Source: Pelomyxa schiedti (Eukaryota; Protista; Evosea). Taken from it: 36,624 nucleotides of DNA. This document shows, piece by piece, positions 13,091 through 27,704 of this stretch. How positions within the stretch are numbered: position 1 is the stretch's first letter; the number at the start of each line of letters is the position of its first letter. A model generated the notes under the pieces. That model did not search any database and was not told the origin of the DNA. It worked only from the letters and a program-made list of their open reading frames with translations. Where the stretch lies: NCBI GenBank assembly GCA_020536535.1, contig JAHLWZ010000202.1, positions 1-36,624 on the forward strand. Reading direction: 5' to 3'. A program made the translations under genes and the position numbers.

Positions 13091-15501
13091 ATGGGCAGTA
13101 CCGAGTGCGACGTAGATGACTTGCGTGTCGTAGACACGCCAACTGACGACCCACATGTGGACGTATGGGCCAAAACGCCGACAAAAACCGAGTGCGAAAG
13201 TGCCCCCTCCGCCGATTCTTCTTCGTCGCAGTCTACGAATACGACGACTGGCGCAGAGACACGAGGAAACGTGGGTGTTGTTGCGGCTACTGTAACCGAG
13301 AAAAAGATGAGTGCTAGGCATATTGCACTGTTCGTGGAGATGGTCTTCATATCTTTCTGTGTAATTTCCTCTTTCCATGCAATCAGTACTCTTGGTTTGT
13401 TTTGGTCGTCATTTTTCACTGAGTCATTAGGTGTCCTTTGTGGATACTATTATTGTGCCGGCACTGCCGACTATATCTAAGCAGTTTGAGGGTGATGTGG
13501 TACAACAGAAATTGATACCTTGGATTCTGACAGTCTACATGCTCGTTGGAGGTTAGCAGTCCTTTTGATTCTGCCCAGCTCTCACAATTTTCCCTATTCC
13601 TCAAATAGCTATTTCAACACCTATCATTGGAGGGCTGGATGGTTAGTAAATTCTTTGTCTTTCTTGGAACTTATCTCGGTGCTGAAAAACAGCACTCTTT
13701 AGCCCCTTGATTGTGGTTGCAGTTCCATTGGTGATTTACATCTTTGGGCTCCTGATTGGTGGAATTTGGGGAGATGAAAGTGTTCTTATCCTTGTGATTT
13801 GCCGAGGATTTATGGGCTTTGGACTGCCTGTGTTTGTCATATGTAAGTGCACTGCTTCTTTTTAAGTCTTTCACATACTTCGGCAAAGTTTATGGAGTCA
13901 TCAAACGAGAATTTCCTGAAAAACTAGTCCCTCTTTCGTTGGGTATTTTGCTATTGAGTTCCTTACATAATGTTCACCTCCTATAGGCTGTGTGTCCGCA
14001 ATGTTTTCTGTTGGAGCTTCTATTGGATTTCTGGGAGGTGCGGCGCTGATGGCGAGAGTTTCTTACAATGAAGTGTTCTTTGTGGTGCTCCCCATTGCTG
14101 TTATTTCTGGTGCTGCTGTTATTTTAACCATGGGGAATGCCACTCCATCACGGATCATCAACTTCTTCAAAAAGAAAGAAAGAAAACAAGAAGTGACTTC
14201 AGGTGAGAGTCTGTGGCGCAGAGGGTGGAAACAGGTCGTAGAGACCTTCAGGCAAGTGGATTTTTTGGGTGGTGCTATTGTTGCCATTGGGGCTGGATCG
14301 CTTCTGGTTGGAATGACCATGGTTGAGCGTTAAAAACCCTCTTCTGTGTTGACCTAACCACAGGGTTCCGCTTGGGGATGGACATCCCCAGAGTCATTGT
14401 GCACTGTTATACTTGGTGCCTTATTCATTTTCCTCTTCGTTTTACTTGAATGTTGGCTCACAAAACCACTTGTACCCATGAGGCTGATGCTGTCCGTGGA
14501 CCTGTTCTTCTTGACATTAATGTCATTTCAAATAGGACTCGTCATATTTTCCATTTTTCAAGCTCTCCCCTTCCTCATGACTAGTCCAATCATGCCATTT
14601 AAGTAAGGCTTACTCGATTCCAACTGAAAATCTTAACAAGTCGACAAATAGATATGATAAACAGTTTCAAGGTCCCGCTTTTGTTTTCACCACTTTCGAA
14701 AATCAATTTACATGAAAAAGTTGGCTTACTGATGTTTCCAAGTGGAATTACTATTCTTTTTACTGCGCCACTAACAGGAGCGGTCTGCAGACTTATAGGA
14801 TCCTCTTTGTGTGTATCATTGGCCGTGGGTTTGCCTGAGGCTTTACTTCTGTAACCTAAGCCGCCCCTTAGGTTTTACTACACACTGTGCCAATGGTAAT
14901 TTTGATATGGTGCCATACTAAACCATATCAAATTGTTATTTGCAACATCTTACAAGGAGCCGGACTAGGTGGAATTTTTACTGCTCAAATGGTACGTTCC
15001 CTTTTCCTCTCCCTTGAAGCTTACGACCACTTTTCCGTGAAATAGACAGTGTTAGCTGATAAATGTACAAAGAGGAACTTTGCCGGCGCCTCCGGCCTTT
15101 TTACGTTTTTCCGAACTATTGGGGGTGCTGTGGGACCAATCGTAACAGGTTTTCCAGATCACCCAAACCAAAAAAGGCCATGTCACATATCCACAAAAAC
15201 CAAAACAAGGAAAAAACCCAGTACCACCAACCCACCTTCACTTTTAGATTTCTTTCTGTCTGAGACAGTGCCCTATGAGTACCCCAATGGATATACAGTC
15301 AATACCACCAGCGAAGAGGGCTACACACATGTATTTATTTTCTGTGCCTGTGTATCCTTCTCTGCATTCCTTTCGTCGCTGGTAATCAGTGGTCACCTCG
15401 ATGTATTCACGCACTTCCTCAACTGGCGTTTGGAAAAGCAACACAAGAAACAGGAGCAGCAGCAGGGAATAGAACTAGAACCCTACGAACTCGTTGTATA
15501 A
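13091..15501 (+). CDS. Major facilitator superfamily transporter, DHA2/EmrB-like, multi-exon
   Basis: Many hydrophobic exons with DHA2-like motifs: IKREFPEK, SAMFSVGASIGFLGGAAL, DFLGGAIVAIG, PLVPMRLM and AGASGLFTFFRTIGGAVG. TAA ends at 15501. Confidence 0.85.
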
Positions 15502-16241
15502 TGTATAGACACTGAGCCAACAAACAAACAATACGGCGGCAAGTGCTTTGATACCCCATAGGTATTCGTACTCAAGCTTCTAAATTGTGAAAAATACTTC
15601 CGGGTTCCAAGTTTGTTTGTTACAAGAAAAGAAAGTGTAGCTTTCTTTTCTCTCGGAAAGTTACGAGGCACTCACGAGCGGGGGTTTATGGTAGTGTATT
15701 GTCACACCACAACGTCGAGGAACTCATGATACCAGTTACTTGTGTTGCAATTTTTTGAAGTTACGTGTGAGACGAAAGTGAGCCTACTCACGTATAAGTC
15801 ACAGGGACCTTTTGTGCACGACAACAAGGAATAGGGATAGAAACAGTTTATTTCCTCACGTAACGAAATTTGAAGCTTCTGGTACTACGATGTTACGAGA
15901 CAAGTTACGTGGGGCGTATGTTCCGTCTTCTACGGACCATAGGTCTGAGAATTTAAGGGGTTCGCCGTAGTATGGAGAACCTCTTTCATTCTGTTCTGTT
16001 CTTTTCTTGGGCTGCAGGAAGCAAAGTTGTTTTTATCCTCTTAACTTATTACAGTAGCAGTATGCTTCTAAATCTCACCTCTTCCACTATGACTCACCAC
16101 GTATTGCCGGTGTTGTCATAAAAATTACTGCGAAACACCACTGTTATGCCGGCACAATACACCAAGATGTGTTTTTGGAAGTTTTGCTATAAGATAGACC
16201 ACATTCAACCAATAAACTATTTTTTAAGTTCGAGCTTGTTT

Positions 16242-19200
16242 TTAAGGCAGAGCTTTGACAATGCAGGACATAACGGAATCAGAAATACACCAGCAATCCT
16301 GTGGTGTCATGTACGATTCCGTGTGGTCTTTGTGCACAAATGTTACTGTTACTGACGGAACAGCTGCACCAGTCTTTGTGTTTTTCATCGCGTAAATGGC
16401 CGATTCGAGAAGGGATTGGCAGCTGTGTTTCAGTTAGTTTTTTAAAAACAAAAACCAAATGAGTGAGTATGTATGTGAGTGAGAGTGGGAAATGAATGGA
16501 GCCGTACTGGTAACTGGTAAACTTGGTGCGAAGAATATCCACGGTGAAGCTTTCCCAAATGACATTTATTGTTACAGTGGGTTTGTCGGTGGGCTTAGTT
16601 CCCAATAGTTTGGTTGTGAACTGCACTAACTGGGGGATTTCGGTATTGGTGCAACCTATTTTTTGGTGGTTTTTTTTTAGGAAAAGGTATCATTTCCCAC
16701 ACGGCTTCAAAGGCCAGAATTCCCACCTTGAATGACAGTAAATTCTTTGTGATGGAATAGTTGTTCAAGCCATTCTTCAACCCCCACACATGTACACAAG
16801 TCTTGTTCAATCTGAACTGGAATGGAAAGTATTCTGCTGTCCAGTGAAACATCGCCTTGGCTAATGAAGCATTCATTAAAAAAACCAAAAAACAGATAAA
16901 ATGGGGGGCAGGGGGGTGGAAGAAAGGAAATTTCCGATACCTTGAAGAACTTCTTAGTATGATGGAATCGATGCACTTACCAAAAGACACTACAAGGCTT
17001 CTGTCAGTAGCAATTATCTTCAAATTATCAATAATGGGTGCTGTATGGAAATAATAATAGTGAGATCAAGTAGAATTTTTCTATAGGGTTGAAGTGTACC
17101 AAGTAATACATCTGCAGATAACGAAGCAAGTAAAACTGGCATCTCTGCTGGAGGGAATGATGCCCAGTCAACGGAGATAGTTACTGAGAGGCCAATTTTC
17201 TTGAAATCAGTGGTAATGGAGGCAAGGTTCTGCTGTTCAATGATTTCTTTGGCTTTCTGGAAAAACCAGTCAGTTATTAGAGGATGACTTATTTGTCGGT
17301 TGAAAGAAACTTCGGAATCGGGGGTATCATCAGTCATTCCCAATAGGTGTTGCATATCACGAGATGAAAGCCTCTTTTTTTTTTTAGGATAAGAAAGTCA
17401 TAAAGAATCGTACCTCGGCATTCGATTTCCACTGACTCTTCAGGTTGGGGGTAGTGAGACCTAAAAGAAGATTCAGAAGGGGCGGCACCCTATTTTTTTT
17501 TACCCAAAGATTTGGCTGTCATAACGATTTTTTCAGAGGCAAATTGAAGTGTTTCAGCTGCATGCTGCTGTACAACATCAATTCCCCACCGTTCAATGAG
17601 GTATCGTAAGATTCGAACACAATTGGTTCCAACTGAGGCCTGGATGATTGACTTCTGCATGTTGTCCTTTGCAAAAGTGGAGATGATCGGAGTAAGAACT
17701 GGAAGGAAAATGTAAAATTATCCATACATCCAAGAAAATCTCAGCAAATTGAGACTCGAAAAATAATAGTGTCTCAAGAGACCCTGTGAGTACAGCATCT
17801 AACACAAGCTTGTCCTTTTCTTCAGTAGACCTATTATCACATAATCAAAAAAAAAGGAGATTTTACGGATATGTTTTACAATGAATCATGGACGTGGGGG
17901 ATGAGAAGTTTCAATATATTGACATTTCCCTTGGAGGTTGCTATTTTCAACCACCTCTTAGATGTGGCCTGTGTTGTATGAATTCATAAGTTACGGGCAT
18001 CACTTTTTGCCAATAAAAGAACCTTGTCAAGGGTAGCATTCTGAGAACTCAAAAATACTTTCAAAATGTCATCACGGCCTGCACTAACAATACAATTCAT
18101 TGGGACAATACTGTTCACACAAGCAAAGGGATCTGCCCCAAGTTTCAGCAGTCTTGTTGCAAACTCAACTTCAGAGTTTCGAACGGTTTGTGAAGGTGGT
18201 GGTGAAGAACGGATGCACTCCGCAAAGAGACAAAGTTCATATTGAGGGTCTGATATTGTATCAAGTTTGATCTTGGCCTGAATTCCATTAATGCTGCCAA
18301 CAAAAAGAAGCTTTTTTTTTTACTTTGGCGCCTTTGCTATTTAGTAGCTGCACGATTTCGTGATTACCTTGTGCAATAGCATAATCAAGGGGTGTGTTTC
18401 CCTCCGAATCCACTTGGTTAACATCCATGAAAGCTTGCAGTGCTTCAGTGGCAAGATCCTTTCTTAACATTGAAATTTTTGGAAGAAAGTAAAGGAGCGT
18501 TACCATGCACCCTAGGAACGCGGCATAGTGCAGTGCATTCCCGCCGGGAAATTTCGGCTTATCAAAAGGAGAAGACGCCGTCAGAGTTGCTCCACTCTGC
18601 AATAGGAGGGAAATTACAGCCTAACAGAAGTGAGGAATCCCAAAGTCAAGGTGTAGTTTTTTGCCAAGACAGACCTTGTCGCCACCTTCGATGCCAGCCC
18701 ACAAACAGCTGTTGTTAATTGGAGCACCTGATTTAATCAGATACTTCACTGTTTCTCCTTGGCATCCAAATGAAGCATACCTGGAATCATTACTGGCAAA
18801 CTTGGGATTGAGGGAGGGGTACCAGAGTGGAGGGAAGCCGTATCTATCATACTGGTCAAGAAGAGACAAAAAGTTAGGCCTTGCTTCCAGCAGGACTTTC
18901 AAAGATTCAATGCAACCACCCCAGCAAAGGTCATAGAGCAGGTCATAGGTCACTGGAACGGAAATCCAGGGGTAATCTGAGTCGAAGTGTAAGCTTATTT
19001 GGTTAGAATGCGAAACGAGCCTTTCTCATTTTCTAGTAAGAGCACCAAGGTTTTTGTATGCTGACATAATGCTGCAATAGCAATTGGGGAACATTGGAAG
19101 TGTTCTGAAAGAATTTGAAGGTCACTTATTGAAGCGTTTTGTACCTAATGATTATCAAAAATTACTTAGGTGTCAAGGTCAATACTTACATCCGGAGGGC

Positions 19201-22200
19201 TGCTTTGCTGAGAGGAAATGGAATAAATAATAGTTTGACGCCTTCTATGTAGAAGTGCAGAGAACGCCAAAGAGGATTTTTCAGTTATGGATTTTTTCAA
19301 TAATGAATATGTATCCTTTTCTTTCAGTGCCTCTTTATCGAGAAGTGTTAAGGTGGTTTCCTCTTTTTTTTTTTTTTTTTTTTAAACCTAGCAATAAAGA
19401 CACCAACTCAGTGTCATCACAAGAACGAATTGCTCTTTCAATGGGAGTGATATTTTTATATGAAAGAGTTGTATCTGCGCCATTTCGAACAAGAAGTTTA
19501 GCAAGTTCTGGAAGTTTCTGAAATATGTTAGGTTGAGAGTTTCGTTGCCAAGTACGAATTGTACAAGTTCCAGGGACAAAGAAAGGGGTGTCCACTGTCC
19601 TTCATGCACTTCATTAATATCAACAGACACTGAAGAAAAATGACGCCATTTAGAATGATAAGTGCCAGAAGATGTGAGTTTTACTTCGCTTATTGAATAT
19701 GAGTTGGGCCATATGGGTCATAGAGGCATCATCGATATCATGAAACTCTCGATAGCCTGCCAGCAATGCATGAAGCTACAGAGATATATCAGCGAATTTC
19801 AAGGGAGTTGATTGAGAGGAACCAGATTGGGTGAGGTGGTGGTGGTTGCAGGAATTCGTTCCAGAATGTCAGAGATGGGTTTTGCATCTTTAGAGAATAA
19901 GGCCTCAGCAAGTGGTGTACTTGAGGAGCACTCTATAATGAAAGAAAATTAACTTGATGAAGAGTATTTTCCTGTTGGTTACGTGGGAAGAATTTGTCAA
20001 ACAATGTCGTTATACTTTTTGCACTGAGAGCTAACTTCTGTGCAGATTGAATTCTGCACGAGCCGGTCACAGATAGGTCTGTTTATGAAAGGCATATATT
20101 GAGAAAGACAACGCAAGTCAAGTCAACAAGAAACTTACCAAACCCTCTTTCGAGAAGAATTGTGAAGACGGACCTAAATCGGGCAGCGAGAGGATGTTCC
20201 ATTGGTGGGGTTGACCACATTGTCCTGTGCTCTGCGCCGCAAACATAAGACCTCGTCCAATTCATGGATGACGATGGACTCCACTTCCTTTTGCACTCTG
20301 AAAGCATTCGTAGCGTCGTGACAATAAGAGACGACTGTAGAAAAAATATTAAACAACGTAATTGTTGATACCATTCATACAAACTCGGCTGGCTGGATAG
20401 CTGGAAGAAGAATTTTAACACATTGTGGTTGCCCACAGATGCATGCCAGTAATACAGGGGACATTCCTAGGAGAGCAAGATTTCAGATGCGAATAACATG
20501 TCTCTTTACCTCCAATCCCAGTGAATGTCGGAGAAACCCCAGCGTCGATGAGAGCTTTCACAAGCGTAACATTTCCATTATGGCATGCCTGTCGATAATT
20601 GCGTAGGTCTTAAGAAGTACTGTAAAAGTTTAACCTTAAACAGCAGGCGCTGCGTGATTGTAAGTTGCCCCATTTCCTGTGAGCCACATCCCAAATTCTG
20701 GTTAAGTGTATTGCGGAAATCTTCGAGAGCCAACTGAGTTGCAGAATCTTTTTTTGGGAGGAGGGGTTAGAGAGAATATTTGTTGGAAATGCTACTACCA
20801 TACGACCAGAATTTTGTTACTTGCAACTGTGCAGACAAGCCTTTTGTGTCACAAATATGTAAAGCCCGAAGTAGTAGAGGCCAGTCCCATCCACCAGTCT
20901 CGTGCAGCATGTCACAGATGGGGTAATCCAGAGGCAATTGGAGAATCACCTGTATACAATTGGATATTTCTTCCACCATTTGTGACACACACCTCCACAA
21001 GTTCTGCCGATCCCCGCAGTGCAGTTGGGAAGAGATGGAAAGATAGCTTCTGATTATTGGGTCTATATACACCAGAACTAAATAGCGATGATGCGTGTCT
21101 CAAAATATGTGCGGCAGCGTGAAAAAATCTTGTTTTTAGAGCAGCCTAAAATTATATGGTTTACCCAAAGAGAATACCTCAAGAAAATCAACCTTGTAGG
21201 CTGTAAAAACAGGACCGGTAGTTGTTGGTAGTCTTAAACAGGGAAGAAGTGCATCGACGAACTTGAGATAGTAGTCTAGCCTCCTGCAATCACCTTAGGT
21301 GGTAGGTTGTGAAAAAAGGTCAAATACATTGTCTGAGAATCGCTCTGGGTGACAATATTTGGTGGAGCACAGTTTAGCAATAAAATCAGTGCATTCCAAA
21401 CGTCTTCTTCCGTTGGGGTGCCTGCCAGTTTATCAGAAAGACTTGAAAAGGAAAAAAAACACACATTTCGTTAGAAGCTTTTGAAACACTGGCAGCTCAA
21501 GAAAGACGATGGAAGTAAACGTAATCACTCCGAGTTTTTCCTATAAATTATCAATTTGCAACGAGTTTTTCTTGGTCTTGTAACATGATATCCAGATGGA
21601 ATCTTCTCAAGAAGGAACAAGGCAATTTCAGTATGATTTTGACAGCACGCAGCTGCGACGGCAACACACAATTCAGGTTCTTTTGCATACTGGACAAGTA
21701 TTTTGACAATGTCCAAATGACCATAGTAAGAGGCTAGAGAAAGTGGGGGCGCATTTTCTTTCATTCTTTGATTGGTAAGGGAAAAACCCATGTGATTGTA
21801 AATTACTGTGGGATGCGTCTTTGGTTGAATTTCCTGCTTCCCTGTCCTTGGGTTACTGGGGATAGAAATCACAAATTTTACACACATTGAATACATAATT
21901 ATTGAAGGCGCTGAGCTGGATTGCCACAGATTCTGTGTTCGAGTCCATACTAATGCCACCTTCAATCAATCGGGATACCCCCTCAAGGTTACCTAATAGA
22001 GATGAGATTGGTTGGGAACAGGTTCTTCATCACCTTCTTTGCACAAATGCTGGAGCAAGGAACTTCCTGACCACTTAGGATTGATCCTATCTTGCAAGGA
22101 ATGGCGCTTCACAATTGAGAAATACTCCTCCCAATTGTAATCAAAATAAACAGCAAAGCACCACAAAAATGGTCGAAGGTATTCATCTGTTGAATCTGGA

Positions 22201-23889
22201 CTTGCTCCATGTGTGAGAAGAAGGGAAACCAACTCTAAAGCTCTTTGAGTGGGAAAAAAATGAGAAGGGGTAAGTAACCTAAGTTCTTTGAATAAGTGGA
22301 GGCAATAAGAGGGGAATGAATGTGAGGAGGTGGGCACATGGGTGCAATCAATAAACAACGCTGTTTCTTCTTATGATGTGGCTTCTTTGGAATAGGAGGT
22401 ACTTCTTTTTACACATATGAACAAAAGTATGATTCTAAATGGAGAAAACTTTTGTGCACTGGCTTTCTCCAATCCGAAAAAGTGGGATTTACTTGTGCCC
22501 CTTGGTTCAGAAGAATCTGGGCCAATTGACAATTTCCAGTAAGGCAAGCTATGTACAAAGGAGATTGCATAGAGGCATTAAGGAGATTGACATTTGCAGA
22601 TTTATTTAATATCCGCTGAACAAGTGGGATTCTATGTCACATTCACATTGAGATTGAGATTGGAAGTACTGGAGACATACGACGGAATGAAACTTCGAAG
22701 TGCCAGGTGCAGTACAGAATTACCGGAACAGTCTTGTATGTTTACAGTCTCACTGGAAATGAGCGAATCAATAATTTCTAAATCCTCCAGGGAGTACTCT
22801 CTTTGAGTGTATCAGCCAGTCAAAGGGAAAAAAAAAGCATATGTATTGATTGCACTATCACTTTATTTTAAACAAGTAACCTGTGTCGATCACTCAAAAA
22901 CAGATGAGCCGCAGTTTGATTGTCCACAGTGAGGTCACTAATTCGAACTGGAGTTTGCAGCAGCCTTTTGATCTGCTCCACATTTTTATTGCAGGCTTTT
23001 TGCTTTTAGACACATTGAAGAAGGCACTTGAAAAGCCACACCCATTACATGCAGTGCTGTCCATTTGAATTCAGGAAGCGTGTCAATTTTATCTTTAGCA
23101 AAAAAGAGCTCATTTCTGGTCATTTCCTCCGATGTCAGAATCTTAGATGCAAGTGTTACAGGTGTTTCCCCATTCCTGTTGTACAGATGCAAGAAGATGT
23201 TAGTTATTCTTCATGCTTTATACTTCATAAAAAGAAAGATACATGTCACAGAGAAGAAGTGACTGAGGGCATGCTTCAGACAAAATTTTAAATATGGGAA
23301 TGTTTTTTCGTGCTATAGCCACATGTAGTGGGGTCCTTCCCCAGCTATCAGGAGCTGTACACAATGTATTAGTGGCCTCAGGCCTTGCTTTTAGAATATC
23401 GAGGGCAACCTTTCATGTACAGTAAGGTATACACTAAATGAGATTGGGGAATACTTTTTCGAGAAGTGGCCTGTCACATGAGTAGTGCAGAGGGTTTTGC
23501 CCCCTTGTGTCAAGAGCCAAACAGCATGACGGAACCTCATTTATAAGTCGGTGCACAATTTCTACATACATCTCTGTTTACAGGTAAAGGTAAAAAAAGG
23601 AAATTTGGCGGAGTACCAGACAATGTGTTTGGCGATTCACCAAAAGAGAACGTGTGATTGAGAAGACCCATGACAGTGTGCAAAATAGGTAAGCCATCTT
23701 CCAGGGGGCATACAACATCACTCTGAGTATCAGTTTAGCAGAAACGCTAAAGTAGGCATGAAGACACACTGGCCGCAGATCACTGATTTGGGAACAAGCG
23801 GTAGCAGGATTTTCCTGAAGTAAATTTACGAAGTCACTCAGTTGGGGCTTGACAGCCAGTGAATGGCAAGATATGAAGATAGTGACCAT
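16242..23889 (-). CDS. Large multi-exon ankyrin-repeat protein (may be more than one gene; 5' end uncertain)
   Basis: Many ankyrin motifs: GQNPLHY, GRTPLHVAI, NGETPVTLA, PPLSLASYYGHLDIVKILV, ACHNGNVTLVKALIDAG, WTPLSLSL, GNALHYAA and DVNQVDSEGNTPLDYAIAQGNHEIVQLL. A phase-2 splice into the last exon gives ...SCIVKALP with TAA at 16242-16244. Confidence 0.8.
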
Positions 23890-24932
23890 CTTGGGGAGGC
23901 ATCAGATAGAAGACTAGAAAAAGCGTGGATAATTACACAAGTTGTCAGTTTTGGTTGTTTAATTGATGGACTTCTGCAACTTGGTTGCCATGAGAGAGCA
24001 GGAATGCAATCCTTGACTTTCACTGTGCTTTCTTGGTGTTGTTCAATACAAATTGGCTTGTGCCCTTTCTGAATAGGGTAATTTGAGGTTAGGTTTGTCA
24101 GAACCAAATCAGTGGATAACAAACTGTAGCTTTTGTTGGAAACAGCAAGAAATCATACTGATATTCAATTGTGAGACCAATACTCTTCCTCAATGTGCTC
24201 AAGGTCTAAATCCAAAACAAAGAAGAACTACTAAGAGGGAAAAAAGGAATTATGGGATGGGATGCAGACGTCATTTTTGGGCAACTGAGTGACGAGGAAC
24301 GTGGTCCCAGATTTGAAGTCAGTCACAGCCAGCAACAAGTTGGCATCACATCCCACAACTGAGTCTTCGCCTTTGCCTCCCTTGGCAGTCGTAGCCTCAC
24401 CAATATTAGTTCGGCGCAGCATCTTCTTGACGGTTTTGTTTCCTTTTGGTTTCTGTTGGGTTGAACGGTTTTTTTTGTGGCTTCTCAATTTCCATTTGGA
24501 GTACTGCAAGTTGTTTTGGACCCTCTTTCAACACCTTTCTCCATTTGTGGCACACCACTGCCACTGTGCTCCACTTTTGTCCACTCCATTGACATCTCCA
24601 TGGATATCTTGCAACTGTTCCACTGACCCTCATACACGGTTTTCCAGATGCCAGTTCTTCTAAGGGGAATTTCCAGGCAATAGCTCCTCCCAGATTAATC
24701 TTTCCTCCTGTGTGTGGGGTCCCACCCAACCCAGTGACCAATCACCGTCGAGGTCACCCAAAGTTATCCCTTTTTCTTCCTTAGAAGACCGTAGACTACG
24801 ACACTCCTGAGGACAACTGGAGTAGGGTCTATGTCTAGTGAAGTTTGTCTGACTGGGGCAATTGAGACCAGATTGCTAATTGTCCAATTGGTCTGGCTTT
24901 ACAAGCTCCGCAATCAAGGCAAAAAAACATAA

Positions 24933-26630
<1,698 letters not shown>

Positions 26631-26829
26631 ATACAACACCCCACCACACAACATTCCTTTCCCACCAACCATCACCTTGTATTTTGAATAATCAAAAAAA
26701 CACATTTCGTTGACCAAGTCTCATCCCGGATGAAGCCATCCTGGTGCTCCATGACATAATTAGGACATTCATTAAGTTAACAAAGGAACTGAAAACTTAA
26801 AAATCGCTCTTATTACCCACTAATAAGAG

Positions 26830-27040
26830 GTGACTCTGGGGTTTGGGTTAGATTTTTTCGTGGAGAAGAGAGTGTTTATTACCTTGGACAATACTTTGCG
26901 TTTTTGAATAGTAGTAGTAATAGCAGCTACCTAGCTTGAGGGTACGAAAAAGGGGAGAAGGGGAATGAGGGGAGAAGCGGGAGAAACCGGGAGAAGAGTA
27001 AAGGTTGTGAGGGTCATATGACAACAACAACAACAAGTAT
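26830..27040 (+). repeat. Dispersed G/purine-rich repeat block (copies at about 33612-33830, 33870-33990, 34051-34095 partial, 36413-36624)
   Basis: Near-identical sequence GTGACTCTGGGGTTTGGGTTAGATTTT...GAGGGTACGAAAA(G)nAGAAGGGGAATGAGGGGAGAAGCGGGAGAAAC recurs downstream of ubiquitin loci B, C and D. Confidence 0.9.
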
Positions 27041-27198
27041 GAAACTGGAACTGCACATGTGATATGCTGTAATGCACAACACCTGAGAATGGGAAAGGAA
27101 TGGTGAGATCGGCGACGATTGCTTCGAGGGAAAAAAAAACCAAAAAACCAAACCTGGGTAGAAAGAAGGCAAAGACCCATGCAAGTTCTTGCACAATA

Positions 27199-27397
27199 AC
27201 CGCACCGTGAGCAGCACACATGTTGATTGCGTTCACTAGGGTCCCACTTTGTGACGATCCTCATCAGTGTCACCTCCGCGAACCATGGCTGAGGTCTTCT
27301 TTTTCTGCAGTTTTGTGGAGGTGACGCTGATGAGGATTCGTCACAAAGTGGGAAGCCTGGTGAATGCGATCAACGCGTGTGCTGCTCATGGGGCGGT
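27199..27397 (+). ncRNA. Long imperfect hairpin (pre-miRNA/hpRNA candidate)
   Basis: Arms 27199-27283 and 27310-27397 are reverse complements around a 26-nt loop. About 8 substitutions give G-U pairs on the + strand. Confidence 0.6.
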
Positions 27398-27704
27398 CTG
27401 TTACGTTCAAACGCAACCGCACAGATCATTCTGTTTCTGGAAAAAAGTCATATTCAATGAGAAAAAAAAAACAAAAAAAAAGAGGAAGGTATCAGATTTT
27501 CATTGATGGTTAAGCAGGTATGTACTCGCACTGTGTCCCTGGTTGTTGTTTCCTTCACTTCTTTTGTTCATTAGCAATGAGGGGGAAAAAAAAACCGAGC
27601 TCGCAAAGGCGCACTGTTTGGGCTCCTGTTGTTTCGTGTCGACCGCTGCATTGGATTCTCCTGCAGCCGGCCGGGCGTAGTTAAGGTTTTTTTAGAGTTC
27701 TGGA

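Noticed and set aside
15927-16020. 5S rRNA-like start (TCTACGGACCATA) and end
   Set aside because: Too short, poor terminal pairing and the conserved internal 5S motifs are missing.
24231-24741. F-box-like (VCHKWRKVL) or MORN-like (VYEGQW) fragments upstream of the ankyrin gene
   Set aside because: The motifs are in different frames, short and flanked by stops. No consistent gene model could be built.
27327-27350. Hammerhead ribozyme core (CTGATGAG)
   Set aside because: No GAAA after a stem II. The motif is simply part of the long hairpin arm.
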